A DNA stretch of 63,988 nucleotides, counting the filler, from Basidiobolus ranarum (lineage: Eukaryota), in assembly GCA_040143965.1 (NCBI GenBank). It is 4 parts of 4 records of this genome, joined end to end, with 100 filler letters (N's around TTAATTAATTAA, not from the genome) between each part and the next. Parts side by side here need not be neighbours in the genome. Positions count along the whole stretch, not along the records: positions 49,062 to 63,988 come from JASJQH010007280.1; 3 more parts are not named here. One strand, 5' to 3'. A program made the position numbers and the translations under genes. This document shows positions 50,820-63,988 of the stretch, piece by piece. The notes below the pieces were generated by a model. That model made no database searches. It had not been told where the DNA came from and saw nothing but the letters and a program-made list of their open reading frames with translations. Positions within the stretch are counted from its first letter, which is position 1. Each line of letters opens with the position of its first letter.

Positions 50820-52293
50820 TTACATGTCCATCATATCTTCACGTATTTCACCACGACATGTTGAGTTGGCGATTTCACGTCGAATCTCTGCTGTGATCGA
50901 GTGATGTGTCTTGACACGGATAACCTCCAACAGAGCATCTTTTTGTTCAGGGGTAAGATCCTCCTTATATCTCTGTGCGAAGACCAAGAAAGCTTGATGC
51001 CAAAGGACAGGCATTTCACGAGGGTCATTCTTGAAACGAATGAAATGGAAAACCAAAGCATCAATTACCTTGAAAGGTAAAGCGTACTTCTTATCGAGTA
51101 AGACACGAATGAACAAACTGTTGGGACCGGTGTACTCCATCTCAGCCAAACGAAGAAGAGCAGCACTGGAATGCAAAACTGGTACACTGACTTTAATCAA
51201 CACACTACCAAAAATGGCGGCTTCTTTCAAAGTGCAAGAACCGGATTCGCATAAAGGAAAGAGAATTCCCTTGAAGAAAGCTGCTGGCTTATACAAAGCT
51301 TTCTTGAGAGCCATGTAGAGATGATGGTTTAATTTCTTGTTCTCCCGAATGTCGTCACGAACGTAGTCGAGCAAAATGAGATTGAAGAATCTCTGTGATT
51401 GCTTGGCTTTAAGATTGGAAACGAAGATACGAGTAGCCTCGTAAACTGCGTTAGGAGTCCAGTCCATGGGTTGTGTGATGTAAAGAATATCCTCCCAGTT
51501 ACTCAAAGATGGGATGATCTTGAATGCCTTGGGGAGTTTTCCAGACTTGTAGCGACCCAGAAGTTCACCAACTCTGCGTGGAGCAAATGGTTAATACATA
51601 TCTTGAGTAAGAAATAATGTGAATACATACTTAGTGTATACTTCGACAATCTTGGGATTGATGCCAGGTGGGGCATTGGATTCTTCTTGTTGATCAACTT
51701 GACCATTATTTTGTGAATCAATCTTAGCCATAATGATATCAGCCAAAGTTTGTCTAGCTCTAGGAGCGTTGGGAAGGAATTTGTTCAACAACTCTTGATC
51801 AGCCTCATCAACTTCTAACTCCTCATATTCCACATCTTCGTCAGAACCAAGGTCCTCTTCATCACTGTCATGAGCAGCGGAGAAAGCGGCTTTACCAGTA
51901 GGTTGAACACTGGAAAGTTCAAAAAAGTATTAGATACTAGAACAGAGAAAACCCATATTGCTGCACAGTCACTTACTACTCCTCTTCGTCGTCATCTTCG
52001 GAGTCCTCATCTCTTTCGATTTCGGTTTGTTGCTCACGGGCAATTTTAAGGATTTTACGTGAGAGTTTGGGGTCGATATATTCCTATTAAGAAGGTAGAT
52101 ATAAGAAAAATGGAAACTCATGTATCCTGTTGAACAAAATCAATACCTCAGCATCCCCTTGTTGCTGTTTAGCTTCTCTGTCACTGAACTTCTTTCTACC
52201 AGCCTTAACTTTCAAGGAAGAGTTGGCATCTTCGGCAAGTTCGACGTGAAGGGGGTCGTGACGCTGTTTTCTTTGAACTCTTTCTTTTCCCAT
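50820..52293 (-). CDS. ENP1: Bystin / essential nuclear protein 1
   Basis: [76 protein letters not shown]; three introns. Confidence 0.96.
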
Positions 52294-52804
52294 TGTGAAT
52301 TATTTCAAAAGTGAGAAGTAACCTTGTGCTGCTTGTCTCTTCAAGGAGAATAACTAATAAAAAAAACTCAACCCACCGAAAAAAATGATGGTGTCAAACG
52401 AAGATTAAGCTAATGGTTGATAGAAAAAAAAATAAAAAAAAAGGTTCGATGTTAGCACATATGATTAACTTAAATCACTAATGCTTAAGATAAATCCAAA
52501 ATACAGGAAAGACAATGACCCCATGCAAAATCGACCTCAAGGGATTTCTGATAATTTTTCAATTTTGATTACAAAATATTAAGATATACGTACCCACATC
52601 CAAAGTGAGTGGAATTTTTTTAGTAACGATATCGAGTTTTAGGATTCGCAAGAACGTGTTTTCTATTGTGTTTTCTAGTAAGCGGGACAAACTCTGAAGA
52701 CAGCCTTTCCATAAAGGTCCTCTTAAATACATTTTAATTGTGGTTTACTTTGTTACCCCTTTCCTACTTCAATCTGTATTTTTCTTGAACAAAATAGAGC
52801 ACAT

Positions 52805-54325
52805 ATGACCGACAAACTCCCACCAAATCTTCTCAAACTATTTGCTCCGAGACCGCCTCTCCAATACTTTACACCCTTAGATCGCGAACCTTCCTTAAAA
52901 CAAGGTCCTACCATCTCGGGTATCGGTGCATTTGTCCCATTCTTAAAAGATCATGATCCAGATTATGTACCATCAGAAACGGTAGAAGAGCGAAGAAAGC
53001 GCAAGGTTAGCTTCTTCACGCACTCTTTTTTCTCTCAAATTAGAAAGTGAACCTCTTTTTTCTATGTATAGGCACAAGAGCGTAAGAATAAGTCAGAAGA
53101 AGCAATTCGTGAAGGCCTTGCCAAATGTATTCATCTATTCAGTGCATACATGCAAAAATTTTGTAAATAATGTGAAATATTTTTTTAGGGAACCCTGCTG
53201 AAGATCCTCAAATAGAGAGTGATCCTTTCCGTACACTATTCATCGGAAGATTGGTAAGTTTTAGCGGGTCTCCCTTATTTTTTATACCTTAGCATACGAA
53301 AGTAGTTTTTGTATTCATACAAAATCAATGGTGAAGATGAATGGTAGCTGACCTTTATGTTTTGCAGAGCTACGATACCACTGAAAGAGATTTACGCGAT
53401 GAAATGGAAATCTACGGTCCCATAACCAAGGTATCTATTCCTGTGGATAAGGTCACCAATAAGCCACGTGGTTACGCTTTCTTGGAGTTTGAACGAGAGA
53501 AGGATATGAAGAGTAAGTTTGATTATTTTGAGTAGTTAGTTATTGTCTTTCTTGTATTAAAGTAAGCCTTGTATCTTACAGGTGCCTACAAGTACGCGGA
53601 CGGTATTAAAATCATGGGTCGCAGAGTAGTAGTTGATGTAGAAAGAGGCAGAAGCGTTAAAGGTTGGAGACCACGTCGTCTAGGTAATTTCCATGGTTTT
53701 TTTATTCTCATCAAAATTCAAGTAGCTCACTTGGATCTACTACGAACATACTTCGTCGGTAGTTGTCACAAGTGATTAGATGCTAAACAAAAGTCATTTT
53801 CTCGTTCTTTTGTTCTCCCCTCTCTCTTGAATTCTTTTCATGACAACATTTTCACTCTGTGTTGAATGATCATCATATCACCTTTGAATTATCCATCAAT
53901 TTGGAAAAATCAATTGAAATCAAAAAGGTGGGGGATTAGGCGGTACTCGAATTGGTGGTCCAAAGCAAAATCAACGTAGCTCTGGTCGCGAAGGCGCTGT
54001 AGAAAAGGAGCGTGAACGCGAGCGTGAGCGTGACGGTTCTGGATACGGCAATCGTGGGTATGATCGCGGGCCTCGTGATTATGGCGGTGGTAGAGACGGC
54101 CGTGATCGACCAAGAAACGACTACAACCGGGATTATGATAGAAAACGTCGGAGAAGTAGATCAAGATCACCACGAGGCTACAGAGATAGAGACAGAGGTG
54201 GTAGAGATCGCGGTAGTGGCAGAGATCGTGGTGGAGGTGGTGGTAGTGCCGGGGGCAGAGACAGAGATCGTTATCGGGATCGTGACGGAGGTAGAGAAAG
54301 ATCTAGAGAGCGCTACAGACGTTAG
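52805..54325 (+). CDS. SNRNP70: U1 snRNP 70 kDa protein
   Basis: [72 protein letters not shown]-rich tail; five introns; stop 54323-54325. Confidence 0.96.
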
Positions 54326-54703
54326 TGACCGACTACTCAGATACTATAAAACCTTTTTAAAGCAAATTTATTTTCGATCTTCCTCTTCTCTACTACTTTA
54401 TTTCATTTGTCATGTTTACAGTGAATATATTTCTGAACCACTTCAATGCTCTAGTTGTCAAATATACAAATACTATTAAATGATCCGTTTTTACTTAAAA
54501 TCTTATTTCCATCTCGATATTCTCGCCCATTTCCACTTGATCATAAACATCTGATTGTTTCCATTCTTTGATTTGCAATAATTTTCCATTCTTCACCATT
54601 CCTTACTGATGGATTTTGGAATCATATTGATGTTCTATAAATCATAATGTTTTTCGTGATCAGCTCAATTCTAACTGTTTCTCATCTTCACGTTGTATTG
54701 TAC

Positions 54704-56018
54704 ATGAGCAGTCTATTGGGCTTGATAAATTATAGTGACGAGGATAATAGTCAGAGCTCCTCAGAAGAGGAAGTGAAGCAAAGTAACTATATTTTGTAAG
54801 CAATTTCCCACTCAAATTACCATTTCCTTAACATATATTTGGTAGATGGCCTTGGCTTGGTGCAATACGGAGTAGGCGAAGACGAGGAGGAAGAGCTAAA
54901 TGAATTGACAGATGCAAAAGTGAGGATCTTTTTTATCTAGCTACATATACCGCTGTATTCATTACACCAGACTATTGTTTAACGTTTTTACGCATACACT
55001 TGGGTGTAAAATAATAATAGGGTAGTGATCAAACTAACGTTATACTCCACAAACCATTAGGTAATTTTAAACTGTAATAAGATCCCCTCTACTTTTAAAG
55101 TTAACAACATTTTATACGTAGAATCCAGACTCTCACCCAATCCTGGGAGTACAAGCTCAAAACCATCTTTATCTTTTCATGGATTGGTTAGAACGCGAAC
55201 CGAGTCACCTCAGCCTAAGAATGAGCCTGATAATACTCAAGTTATAAGTGAGGCCAATTTCCAGGATATTCAAAGAGTTCCTATTTTGCGTGAACCTGAG
55301 TACAAGTTTGATGAGGATCCAGAGTATGACGAGTACCTCAAGTTTCGCGAATTATTAGTCCCGAAAACAATTGTTGGAATAGATAACTATGGCATCCCAG
55401 GAGAACCAGAAGACGAATGTGACCCGGATCTACAAGTAAATTTCTATTGAGCTCTTCTACCGTACCCTAGAGAACTAACACTTCATTTGTAATAGGCAAA
55501 GATTGCAAAATGGATAGAATTGAAGAATCAGGGAATCAGCTTTAATGACAGATTATCCAAGAATAAAGCTTTCCGTAATCCCAACATTTACGATAAATTT
55601 GTACAGTTCATTGAGTTGGATGAAACTGGGTCGAACTTTCCTTCCGATATCTATGATCCAAAAGGATTCCCACCCGAGGCATACTCCAATGAAATAGGTA
55701 ATATATCGAATTCTTAAACTCGATTGCGTTTATCTAACTCGATCATTCTTAGAAAAATTGCAAAAGTTACGTGCTGAAGAGCGTAGTCGAAGACAACAGC
55801 AACGTGCAGAAATTGAGTTTGTCAACTCTAACTCGCGCAATTCCACTCAATCGTCTACATCTGCATCCACATCCTCGTACCGACCCAGTGACTCTAGATC
55901 TGGTAAGTAAGCGTTTCTATATGCACTTCAATACCCACGCCCTCATACAGCTGCATTCATAGGGGGTCGAAAGAGAAAGTCAAAATGGGACGTTCCTTCA
56001 TACGAAACGAGACGTTAA
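54704..56018 (+). CDS. SAP30BP: SAP30-binding protein / HCNGP-like
   Basis: MSSLLGLINYSDED, LGLVQYG, ECDPDLQAKIAKW..QGISFNDRLSKNKAFRNPNIYDKF..ETGSNFPSDIYDP, RKSKWD; several short exons. Confidence 0.88.
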
Positions 56019-57343
56019 GGAATCCAAGTTCAACTCAACCAAGACATCCTTCAAACCAGTGATTTGGTTACTTGTTTAACGTATATATATACATATAGTA
56101 ATAGATAGCTCACCCAGTCGTTAATAAAACGTCACATGATCCACTTATGTCAATAACTCTTGTTTCCGATTGGTCTGTACACTAGAAAGATATCAGAGGT
56201 GATTACTGAACCACAAACCACTGACTCCAAACCACTGAACCAGTAGTTTAAGGGGCAATCTTGAAAGATTCTGCTTGCTGAGATCATTGTGTGGAACAAA
56301 GCTTCTACGATAAGAAAATAGAATCAGGCAAGAGAAGTCTCCATGGGAGAGCATTTAGCGCAACTCCCCTGCGTTCGACTATGTTATATTTGCCAATCCC
56401 ATCAATCGATTAGATTCGTCTGATTGGTCTTCGAGCAATAGGGATGGACACGTGCCGAATAAAGCTAGAATATGTGTGAGAATAATAGGGATATCTTGCA
56501 GGACGGGCAGGACGGGCAGAACGGTGTTGGTAAACGGTAACTAAATACGTCAATTATACCTGAATGAGTCACTGAACGAAGTCACACCCGTTGGTAGCTG
56601 TTCGTATATACTGTAGGCCGAAGAGAGAAACGGGTTGATAGTTACCGTCACGCCTCCAAACGAGAATGTGTGTTTCATTGTTTAGCCAAAGACCAGTTTC
56701 CGATTCGTGCATGATACATAGGCGCTGGATCCCTCATTGTTACACCAATTTGTAGGTTAAGTGGAAGTTAGGATGAGATCCAATCATGACCGTTTTCTTT
56801 GTTAATTTTGTTTATTTCTTTACCATTCCCCCTTGATTGCTGTTACCAATGTAAGCGGTATATTCCATTTAAAGTGGCTACCGATGGTTTGCAAGAACTG
56901 ACCCTATGATTGGCTAACCCTTGAAATTCAGATGGTGCTTTGTATTCGGTAGTTGCTAGGACACTTGTGACTGATTTCGCTAACCTCTAAATTATGAATT
57001 AATGATATGGCTATCCTTTAAACTCCTGTCACCATAGGCGTTTACAGTTCCTGCTTATTCCTCTTTTTAAGTGAAGCCAGTTTTTTAGCTTCCTCCTTTT
57101 CCACTAAACTACCTTCTCACCTATTTCTACTTTACCCTTCATAACAATAAGAAAGTATACCAAAAATCGTGTAGTTATAGGTTATATTCTATTCTACGTA
57201 ATTGTGTAAAGTTCATTTACCTACATCTGAGTATCAGGTTTTATAGCTTTCTGTGTTTAACTCCAGGTTACTGTCAATCTTTACTTTAACACTTTTGTAT
57301 TCTTACTGTCGTATAGTAGACGTTTCGAGTGTGATTCAACGTG

Positions 57344-59862
57344 ATGATTAGCGATCCAGCACGGTCACCGCGACCTTCGTCTTCATGGGGAAACAGCTCT
57401 CCCTCTCTTAATAGTAACAGAAGAGGGAAAACTACCCAAAGTATACAACAAAGTGGCTCCCCTGACTCTTCAAAATCTGCTTCCACTCAAAAAGGTAAAT
57501 CAAACTACTGACACTTCAGCTATTATCAACTTATAATTCTTCTTTAGCTGGAGCTCTACAACACGTACCATGCAAGTTTTTCAAAAATGGTGCTTGCAAC
57601 GCTGGAAAAAACTGTATCTTTTCTCATAGTATGGATCTGAATCCTGAAAGCGCCGTCTGCAAATACTATTTAAAGGGTAATTGCAAGTTCGGAAATAAAT
57701 GCGCTCTATTGCATTCCAAAGGTCTCAACGGATTGAACGGTTCTTTAAGACCGAACGGAGTGAATGGAAAGATTGAAAATTCAATGAGTAATGGTAGGGG
57801 AATGCAGCGTGAGGATTTCCCCATGTTATCACCTGAGAGGGTTCAATATCATCAAGAGTCCCCGCCACATACACTCTTTCCTAGAGGAGCTGTTTCCCGC
57901 ACCATCCATGACAACTCATCTCCACATTATGTTGGCTTACCTGGGTCGCCTTATGAGAATAATTACGGTTACGGACCCGAAAGCCCTTTCTTACCCCCTA
58001 CAGATTCACTGTTCGGTCAGCAAACGAGTTCCAGGCAGCCAATGTCAATTTCTTTGCCAAGTCACGACCCAACGTTTTTCGATATGTTAGGACTATCGCC
58101 TAGCTCTGAACGCTTGGATACCATATACACTGGTAGAGGTCATGGCTCTCCATTCATGCCGCTTTCAGCTGGAGGTCTTCCTCATTTGGAGTCTCCACGT
58201 CGATCACTTGATCCCATTTCAGAGGCCGAGCTTAAATTAGATGTATTGAAAAACCTTCACATTGATGATAACTTCAGTTATAGTCAAGGGATACTTCCTT
58301 CATCACTTGATGAATTGTTAACACCAAACGAAATCGAAACACGCCGTAGCAGTTTCCTGGGTAGTCCGGTGAGTAATAATAAGCCACCAAGTCTCGGAAG
58401 ATTCAGCCGCTCTCACAATGAAGATAGTTACTTTGGAAATATATCAAATTCATATACACCAGGTATCGGAATTACTCCTCCAGTATCACGCCGCTCGCAA
58501 TCAAATTCAAATTTAGACTTTGTTTCCAGCTTGTGGAAAAATGATTTGGAAACGGACTATTCGAATGCCATCACTACTTTTGATGACGACCTAATGGGTA
58601 GCTTCTCCAGTCGGGTTTCCCCGTTAACTATTCCCAAAGGAAACCCTCCTCTCTCCACCCACCCATTTGAGGCTTCGACATCCAAATCGAATGGAGTTCC
58701 GTCTTTCTCTCTTGATGAGGATATTCAATTTTACATGGAGGAGGAAGGAGATCACTTTGTTCCTCAAAAAAGAGGTGTGTAAGCAGTCAAACATTGACTT
58801 TATCTTGGTTGTTTTCTTATTCTTACATAGCAGATCACTTTATAGATCAATCACCATTGAAAGATTCCCTTCAAAATCAACCAGTAAGTAGTAGCAACGC
58901 GTTTATGCAGTATAAATTTACCAGCACTAAGGATTTCTTTCTCGTACAGCTCTGCCCGTTTGGTGAGACTGGTAACTGCCATTATGGCTCTAGTTGCCAA
59001 TATATCCATGGCTTACCCTGTCCTTCTTGCTTTAAATTTGTTCTCCATCCATATCAGAATCCACAACAACATCAAGGTATTATTTACGACATTTTGGAAT
59101 ACCATGAAGTTCTAATCTTGACTGATCGTCAAACAATTAGCGCATATCACCGAATGCCTTACCAAACATATCCAAACAAGTGAACAGAACTTACAGTCTG
59201 TTGATCCTTACGAGATAAAATGCGAGTTGTGTTTTGAGAAAGTTCTCTCCACGCCAGATAGTCGATTTGGAATATTAAGTAGGTTACGCTCTGGCTCGCA
59301 CATATCCAACTGTTTTAACAACAACATTTCTGTTAGATTGCGAGCATCCATTTTGCCTTGATTGTATTCGAGAATGGCGAGTGAACCAATCCCCAGATAG
59401 TGAATTGATGAAGTCGTGCCCCACATGGTAAATCATTACATGATATCTTTTTTGACGGCTTATCTAATACCTTCACCTCTAGTCGTAAGATATCTCATTT
59501 CATCATCCCCAGCTCGACCTGGTTGGTGGACCGTACTGAGAAGCAACAACTTTTCCATGAATATAAATCTAAGCTCAGGTAAAGAACCACTCCAAGCACA
59601 TTGAACAGTCCGGAGATTAATCCAATATTTGCTGTACTTTAACAGTAGCATCCCGTGTAAATACTTCAATTCCCTTGAAAAACGGTGCCCATTTGGGAAT
59701 TCTTGCTTTTATGCTCATGAATCTCGTCATTTCAAGGACGACTCCGACAATCCTCACAACGGTAGTGCGCGTAAAATTCAAACGGCTGAAGAGGAGACAC
59801 GAGTACTCGGATCGCTGACATTATCGGACTTTATAGGAAATTGTGATATACCCAAAAGTTGA
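57344..59862 (+). CDS. MKRN: Makorin-family CCCH/RING E3 ligase with Cps3/Lee1-type N-terminal zinc fingers
   Basis: HVPCKFFKNGACNAGKNCIFSH, VCKYYLKGNCKFGNKCALLH, LCPFGETGNCHYGSSCQYIHG, makorin Cys-His CPSC..LHP, RING CELC..RFGIL..CEHPFCLDCIREWR..CPTCR, final CCCH IPCKYF..CPFGNSCFYAH. Confidence 0.9.
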
Positions 59863-60437
59863 TTGGGGCGAAAATACATAGTACATATATAATCAGTCAC
59901 CTCTAAAATGGTCACCAATCAAAATGGAGTAATATATATAAGATCCATGTGTAAGAACAGAACAGAGCCACCAAAATGTTAATGTAGGAGTAGTGTTTGT
60001 TCTAATTTCCATGATTCTTCTTTGTTGGAACTTTACCACTAGTAGTTATTTCTCTTCTCTTCTTTCTGTTAGTGCTTCTTTGGTCGTTTTACCTTTCTTT
60101 CCTTAATTATTGTGTAATACCAGATATAAAAATCAATTCTTTCTTCTGAGTGGAATATGAGCCAAGGACTCCTTGTGAGATGCAAGGTTTTGGAATGAGT
60201 GAGAGTCACAACTGGACAGACCAGGACTGGTGAAAATGATCGAGTACTTTTCTTTTAATTATAAGTTTCAAATTAGTTCTCAAAAAGGTCACTTTTGATA
60301 ATATGCATATATTGCGAAGCCAAATATCGTTGAAAAAAATCTAACTATTTTAATAATAAAGAACAACGAATGGAGTGGGAAAAGGGTAGAGTATGAACAA
60401 AAGTAAAGAGAGAAGGCAAGTAGGAATGTATGGTTGC

Positions 60438-62304
60438 TTAATCTTCCAAGAAGAAGTAGTTACCAGATAACTTCTGTTCCTTATCCTTCATAGAATCCGC
60501 CTTGTTAATACGAGGACGGAAGTTGGTAGGATCACGACGGAAGGTAATCTCCAAGGAACCAAGGAACTTATTCATACCAGCAACAAGAGCCTGAGGTGCG
60601 GAAGCGGTGGCTTCCACAGAAGGAGTACCGCTATATACAACCACACGATCGGCCAAATAGGTAGCCATAATGAAATCGTGCTCAACGATGAAAGCAGTCT
60701 TTTTGGAGTGAAGGATGAATCTCTTGATGACCTTGGCGGCGATAATTCTTTGTTCGGAATCAAGATAGGCAGAAGGTTCATCAATAAGGTAAATATCAGC
60801 AGGTTGACCCAAGGCTAGGATAATAGCAACACGCTGAAGTTCACCACCGGAAAGATTTTGAACTTGTTGATCCAAGATATGTTCGACAGTTAAAGGCTTA
60901 ACAACATCGGTTTGGAACTGAGGATGCATGAAAGCACCCTTGATCTTCTTGAGGAATAACATTCTGACAGTTCCTGGGTATTTGGGACTGATCTTTTGAG
61001 GCTTGTATGAAACGTTCAATTCAGGAACTTGTTGTTCATTATCGGCCTTCAAGAGACCAGCCAAGAGACGAATGAATGTGGTCTTACCAGTACCATTCTG
61101 ACCCAACATGACAATAATTTCAGAGTCAGTGAATTGACCAGCCTTGACATTAAGCTTGAAGTCACCAAGAGTCTTCGACATCTTAGGGTACTGGTATCTT
61201 CTGTTCTTGTCCAAATCTTCAAATTGATCTCCAGTTTCTGAGAGTCTGAAAGTCAATGATTCGGTACGGAATCTAAGATTCTCAGTAGGAATCATTCCGT
61301 CAAGGAAAATGTTGATACCTTCACGAACTGAGAAAGGTAAAGTTACAACACCATAGGCACTGGGCATACCGTAGAGAACGCACACGAAATCAGAAAGATA
61401 ATCCAAGACGGACAAATCGTGCTCCACTACAATGACATAGCACAAAGGATGGAGAAGTGAACGAATAGTTCTAGCAGCATTGAGACGTTGTTTAACATCC
61501 AAATAACTGGAGGGCTCATCGAACATATAGATATCGGATTTTTGAACGCACACAACACCAATGGCGAAACGTTGAAGTTCTCCACCGGATAATTGTTCAA
61601 CTTGACGGTTGAGAACCTCTTGTAAGTCAAGAGCTTCAACCATGTCTTGCTTGTTGTTTCTTTCTAATTTGGCATCCAACAAATCAGTGACTGAACCACG
61701 AACAGCCTTGGGAATATGGTCGACGTACTGAGGCTTGATGATTGCCTTCAAGTTATCTTCCAAAATCTTAGTGAAGTAATTTTGAAGTTCGGAACCACGG
61801 AAATGCTTGAGAATATCTTGCCAATCCGGAGGGTCAACGAATCTTCCCAAATTTGGCTTGAGTTTTCCGGCAAGAATTTTCAAAGCTGTAGATTTACCAA
61901 TACCGTTAGTACCTACAAGACCCAAGACTTGGCCAGGTCTAGGAATAGGAAGACGATGGAGCTTGAAGGAATTGGCGCTATAACGATGAGTTGTGTCCTT
62001 CTCAAGATTAGTAGGCAAATTAATAATGGTAATGGCTTCAAAGGGGCACTTTTTGGCACAGATACCACAACCGATACAAAGCTCTTCAGAAATGAAGGCG
62101 ATCTTGTCAGCAGGGGTCACTTCAATACAAAGTTTACCTAAAAAAAAAGAGATGAGGAAACGTGCAACAAGGAACCTTCTGAAAAGCAGCAAAGTACTTA
62201 CCCATGCGGTTTACAGGACAGCCCTTTTTACATTCTTGACGACATTTCTTAGGTTTACACTTGTCAGTGCTGACAATAGCAATACGAGTAAGTTTGTCAG
62301 ACAT
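60438..62304 (-). CDS. RLI1: ABCE1/Rli1 Fe-S ABC ATPase (ribosome recycling)
   Basis: [31 protein letters not shown] | intron 62201-62138 | CIGCGIC, two NBDs ([26 protein letters not shown]). Confidence 0.98.
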
Positions 62305-62984
62305 GATGAGTAAAGAATCCGCACGAGACTGAACAAAGCGAAGCAAATAGGTTATGTGTGTGGTAACCGTATATATCTGACCAGTTTTTTTTTTAACTAC
62401 CCACTTTTCTTCATTACAATGGAGCCGCCTATTATTTCCAATATAATTTCATTTAGCTGAATAATTGAGGATCTGGATTGGTGAAAAAAAATAGCATCAT
62501 CACAATCAAGGGTCATGAAAAAAGGGGTATAAATATGTGCACCAGCATATTTCGTAAGACTGGCAGTAATTATCAACATTAAGAGTAGTGTGTAGTACAA
62601 ACAAATCCTTGAATAAGGAAAATATCTGGGGTCCCCACCATTGTATGCTGTATGTAATGTTGTAAGGATGATCTCTCGCTGTCATGAAACTCAAAGTATC
62701 TCAATGTGCATGATTATGGGATATTAAGGTATTTCTTCAATATCCGATGTTTTTCTTAATCAAGAGCATTGACAATCTTACTCTTATTTACGCACAACAT
62801 TAACCATACTCGCTCAGAGAAAGATATATCACGTGTTTCTCTTACCTCCATACTTGGGGTGACTCAAGTGTGTACCCTGAAATCTTTTGAGATATCAAGT
62901 AAATGGAAATTTTTGACATATTCGAGATACTTGCAATTATCGAACTATTGTCTTCCTGTTTCCTCATAGTAACTGATAACAAGT

Positions 62985-63685
62985 ATGTCTCAAGTTGTAG
63001 GAAAGGTAATTCAAATGGAAGCAAATAATTCAGTGTAAACATGAAAGTATAGCTAATAAAAACCCTGACCTCATTCGTATAATAGACAGCATTGGCTTAC
63101 TCTCGTGTATGGCATATGGTCGATGCCAAAGACCGTGTGCTTGGTAGAATGGCTACCACGATTGCTACTACTCTAATGGGAAAACATAAGCCAATTTTTG
63201 ATCCTGCTTGTAAGCTACTCTTTCATTAGACTTTTCTATTCAATACCTTTCGAGCCAAATTAACTGATTTTCGTTTGTTTTCTCTTTTACACCGTGTTAT
63301 TTCAATAGCCGATTGTGGTGATTATGTTGTTGTTGTTAACGCAAAACATGTCCATGTTACTGGACGTAAGGCCGACCAAAAGCTCTACAGACATCACACT
63401 GGACGCCCCGGTGGATTGAAAGAAATCCCATACAAGTATATGATGGAACACAAGCCTGAGGAAATTATTCGCAGAGCAGTGTCTGGTATGTTACCTAAGA
63501 ACAAAGTCCGCGAACTTCGTTTGTCCCGTCTTCTTATCTTTCCCGATGAAAAGCATCCCCATGAAGGCAATATTATCAAGCGTTATGATGAGAAAATTAA
63601 TCCCGATCCTAAAAACTTCATGAAATCTGAGAAATTCAAGCCAAAGTTGTACAAGAAAAAGTCTAATGAAGTGAAGCAAAATTAA
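62985..63685 (+). CDS. MRPL13: Mitochondrial ribosomal protein uL13m
   Basis: MSQVVGK | [35 protein letters not shown] | [33 protein letters not shown]; two introns. Confidence 0.94.
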
Positions 63686-63988
63686 ACTAGCTTTATCCTC
63701 ATTCAAGTCTTTCGGACTCTGTATTCAAGAATTTTCATATTATGCATTATATATATGTCTAAGTAAGCATATATACTCAAGAACCTTGTTTTTAGCTATT
63801 TCACTTCACCTTAGATTTCCTTGGAGCGTTTAAGCCAATATTTTTCTGCAACGCATATTCCTATTTCTAATAAATAACTTTATTTTATGATATCAATTAC
63901 TAAAGTCATAAAATGAGAACTAACCAAGCTGTACCGTTTTTAAGCAAAGAAAGAATCGCCATTACTGCAGGCTTTAGTAAGAACCGTA

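Overview
Eukaryotic, intron-rich fungal DNA with short (~55-70 nt) GT-AG introns. Gene content (makorin with RING, ABITRAM, CaaX-tailed FBXL2-like, class IV chitin synthase, Ecm33-like) points to an early-diverging fungus; Basidiobolus-like is my inference. The window is not one locus. It is four contigs joined by artificial 100-nt N44-TTAATTAATTAA-N44 linkers, apparently sorted by length. Contig 1 (1-16260): chitin synthase 3' end, a CpG-free decayed element, ERO1, a secreted lactonase and an orphan 7TM protein. Contig 2: NOP1 (partial), a tubby/DUF6593-like ORF, a 66-aa repeat microprotein, GCLM, BDF1, RGP1, ECM33-like and repeats. Contig 3: UTP21, FBXL2-like, peroxiredoxin, NUS1, ABITRAM, RXT2-like, a hidden 3-exon 77-aa microprotein, a cAMP-receptor-like GPCR and GH17. 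Contig 4: DBP3 (partial), ENP1, U1-70K, SAP30BP, makorin, RLI1 and uL13m. No tRNA, rRNA, CRISPR or intact mobile element was seen. Best leads: the DFIRLTPE-repeat microprotein, competing splice donors that would switch makorin between RING and Cps3/Lee1-like forms, a likely regulatory intron in U1-70K, an NLS-tailed peroxiredoxin and the spliced tail-anchored microprotein. All calls come from reading the sequence; no searches were run.
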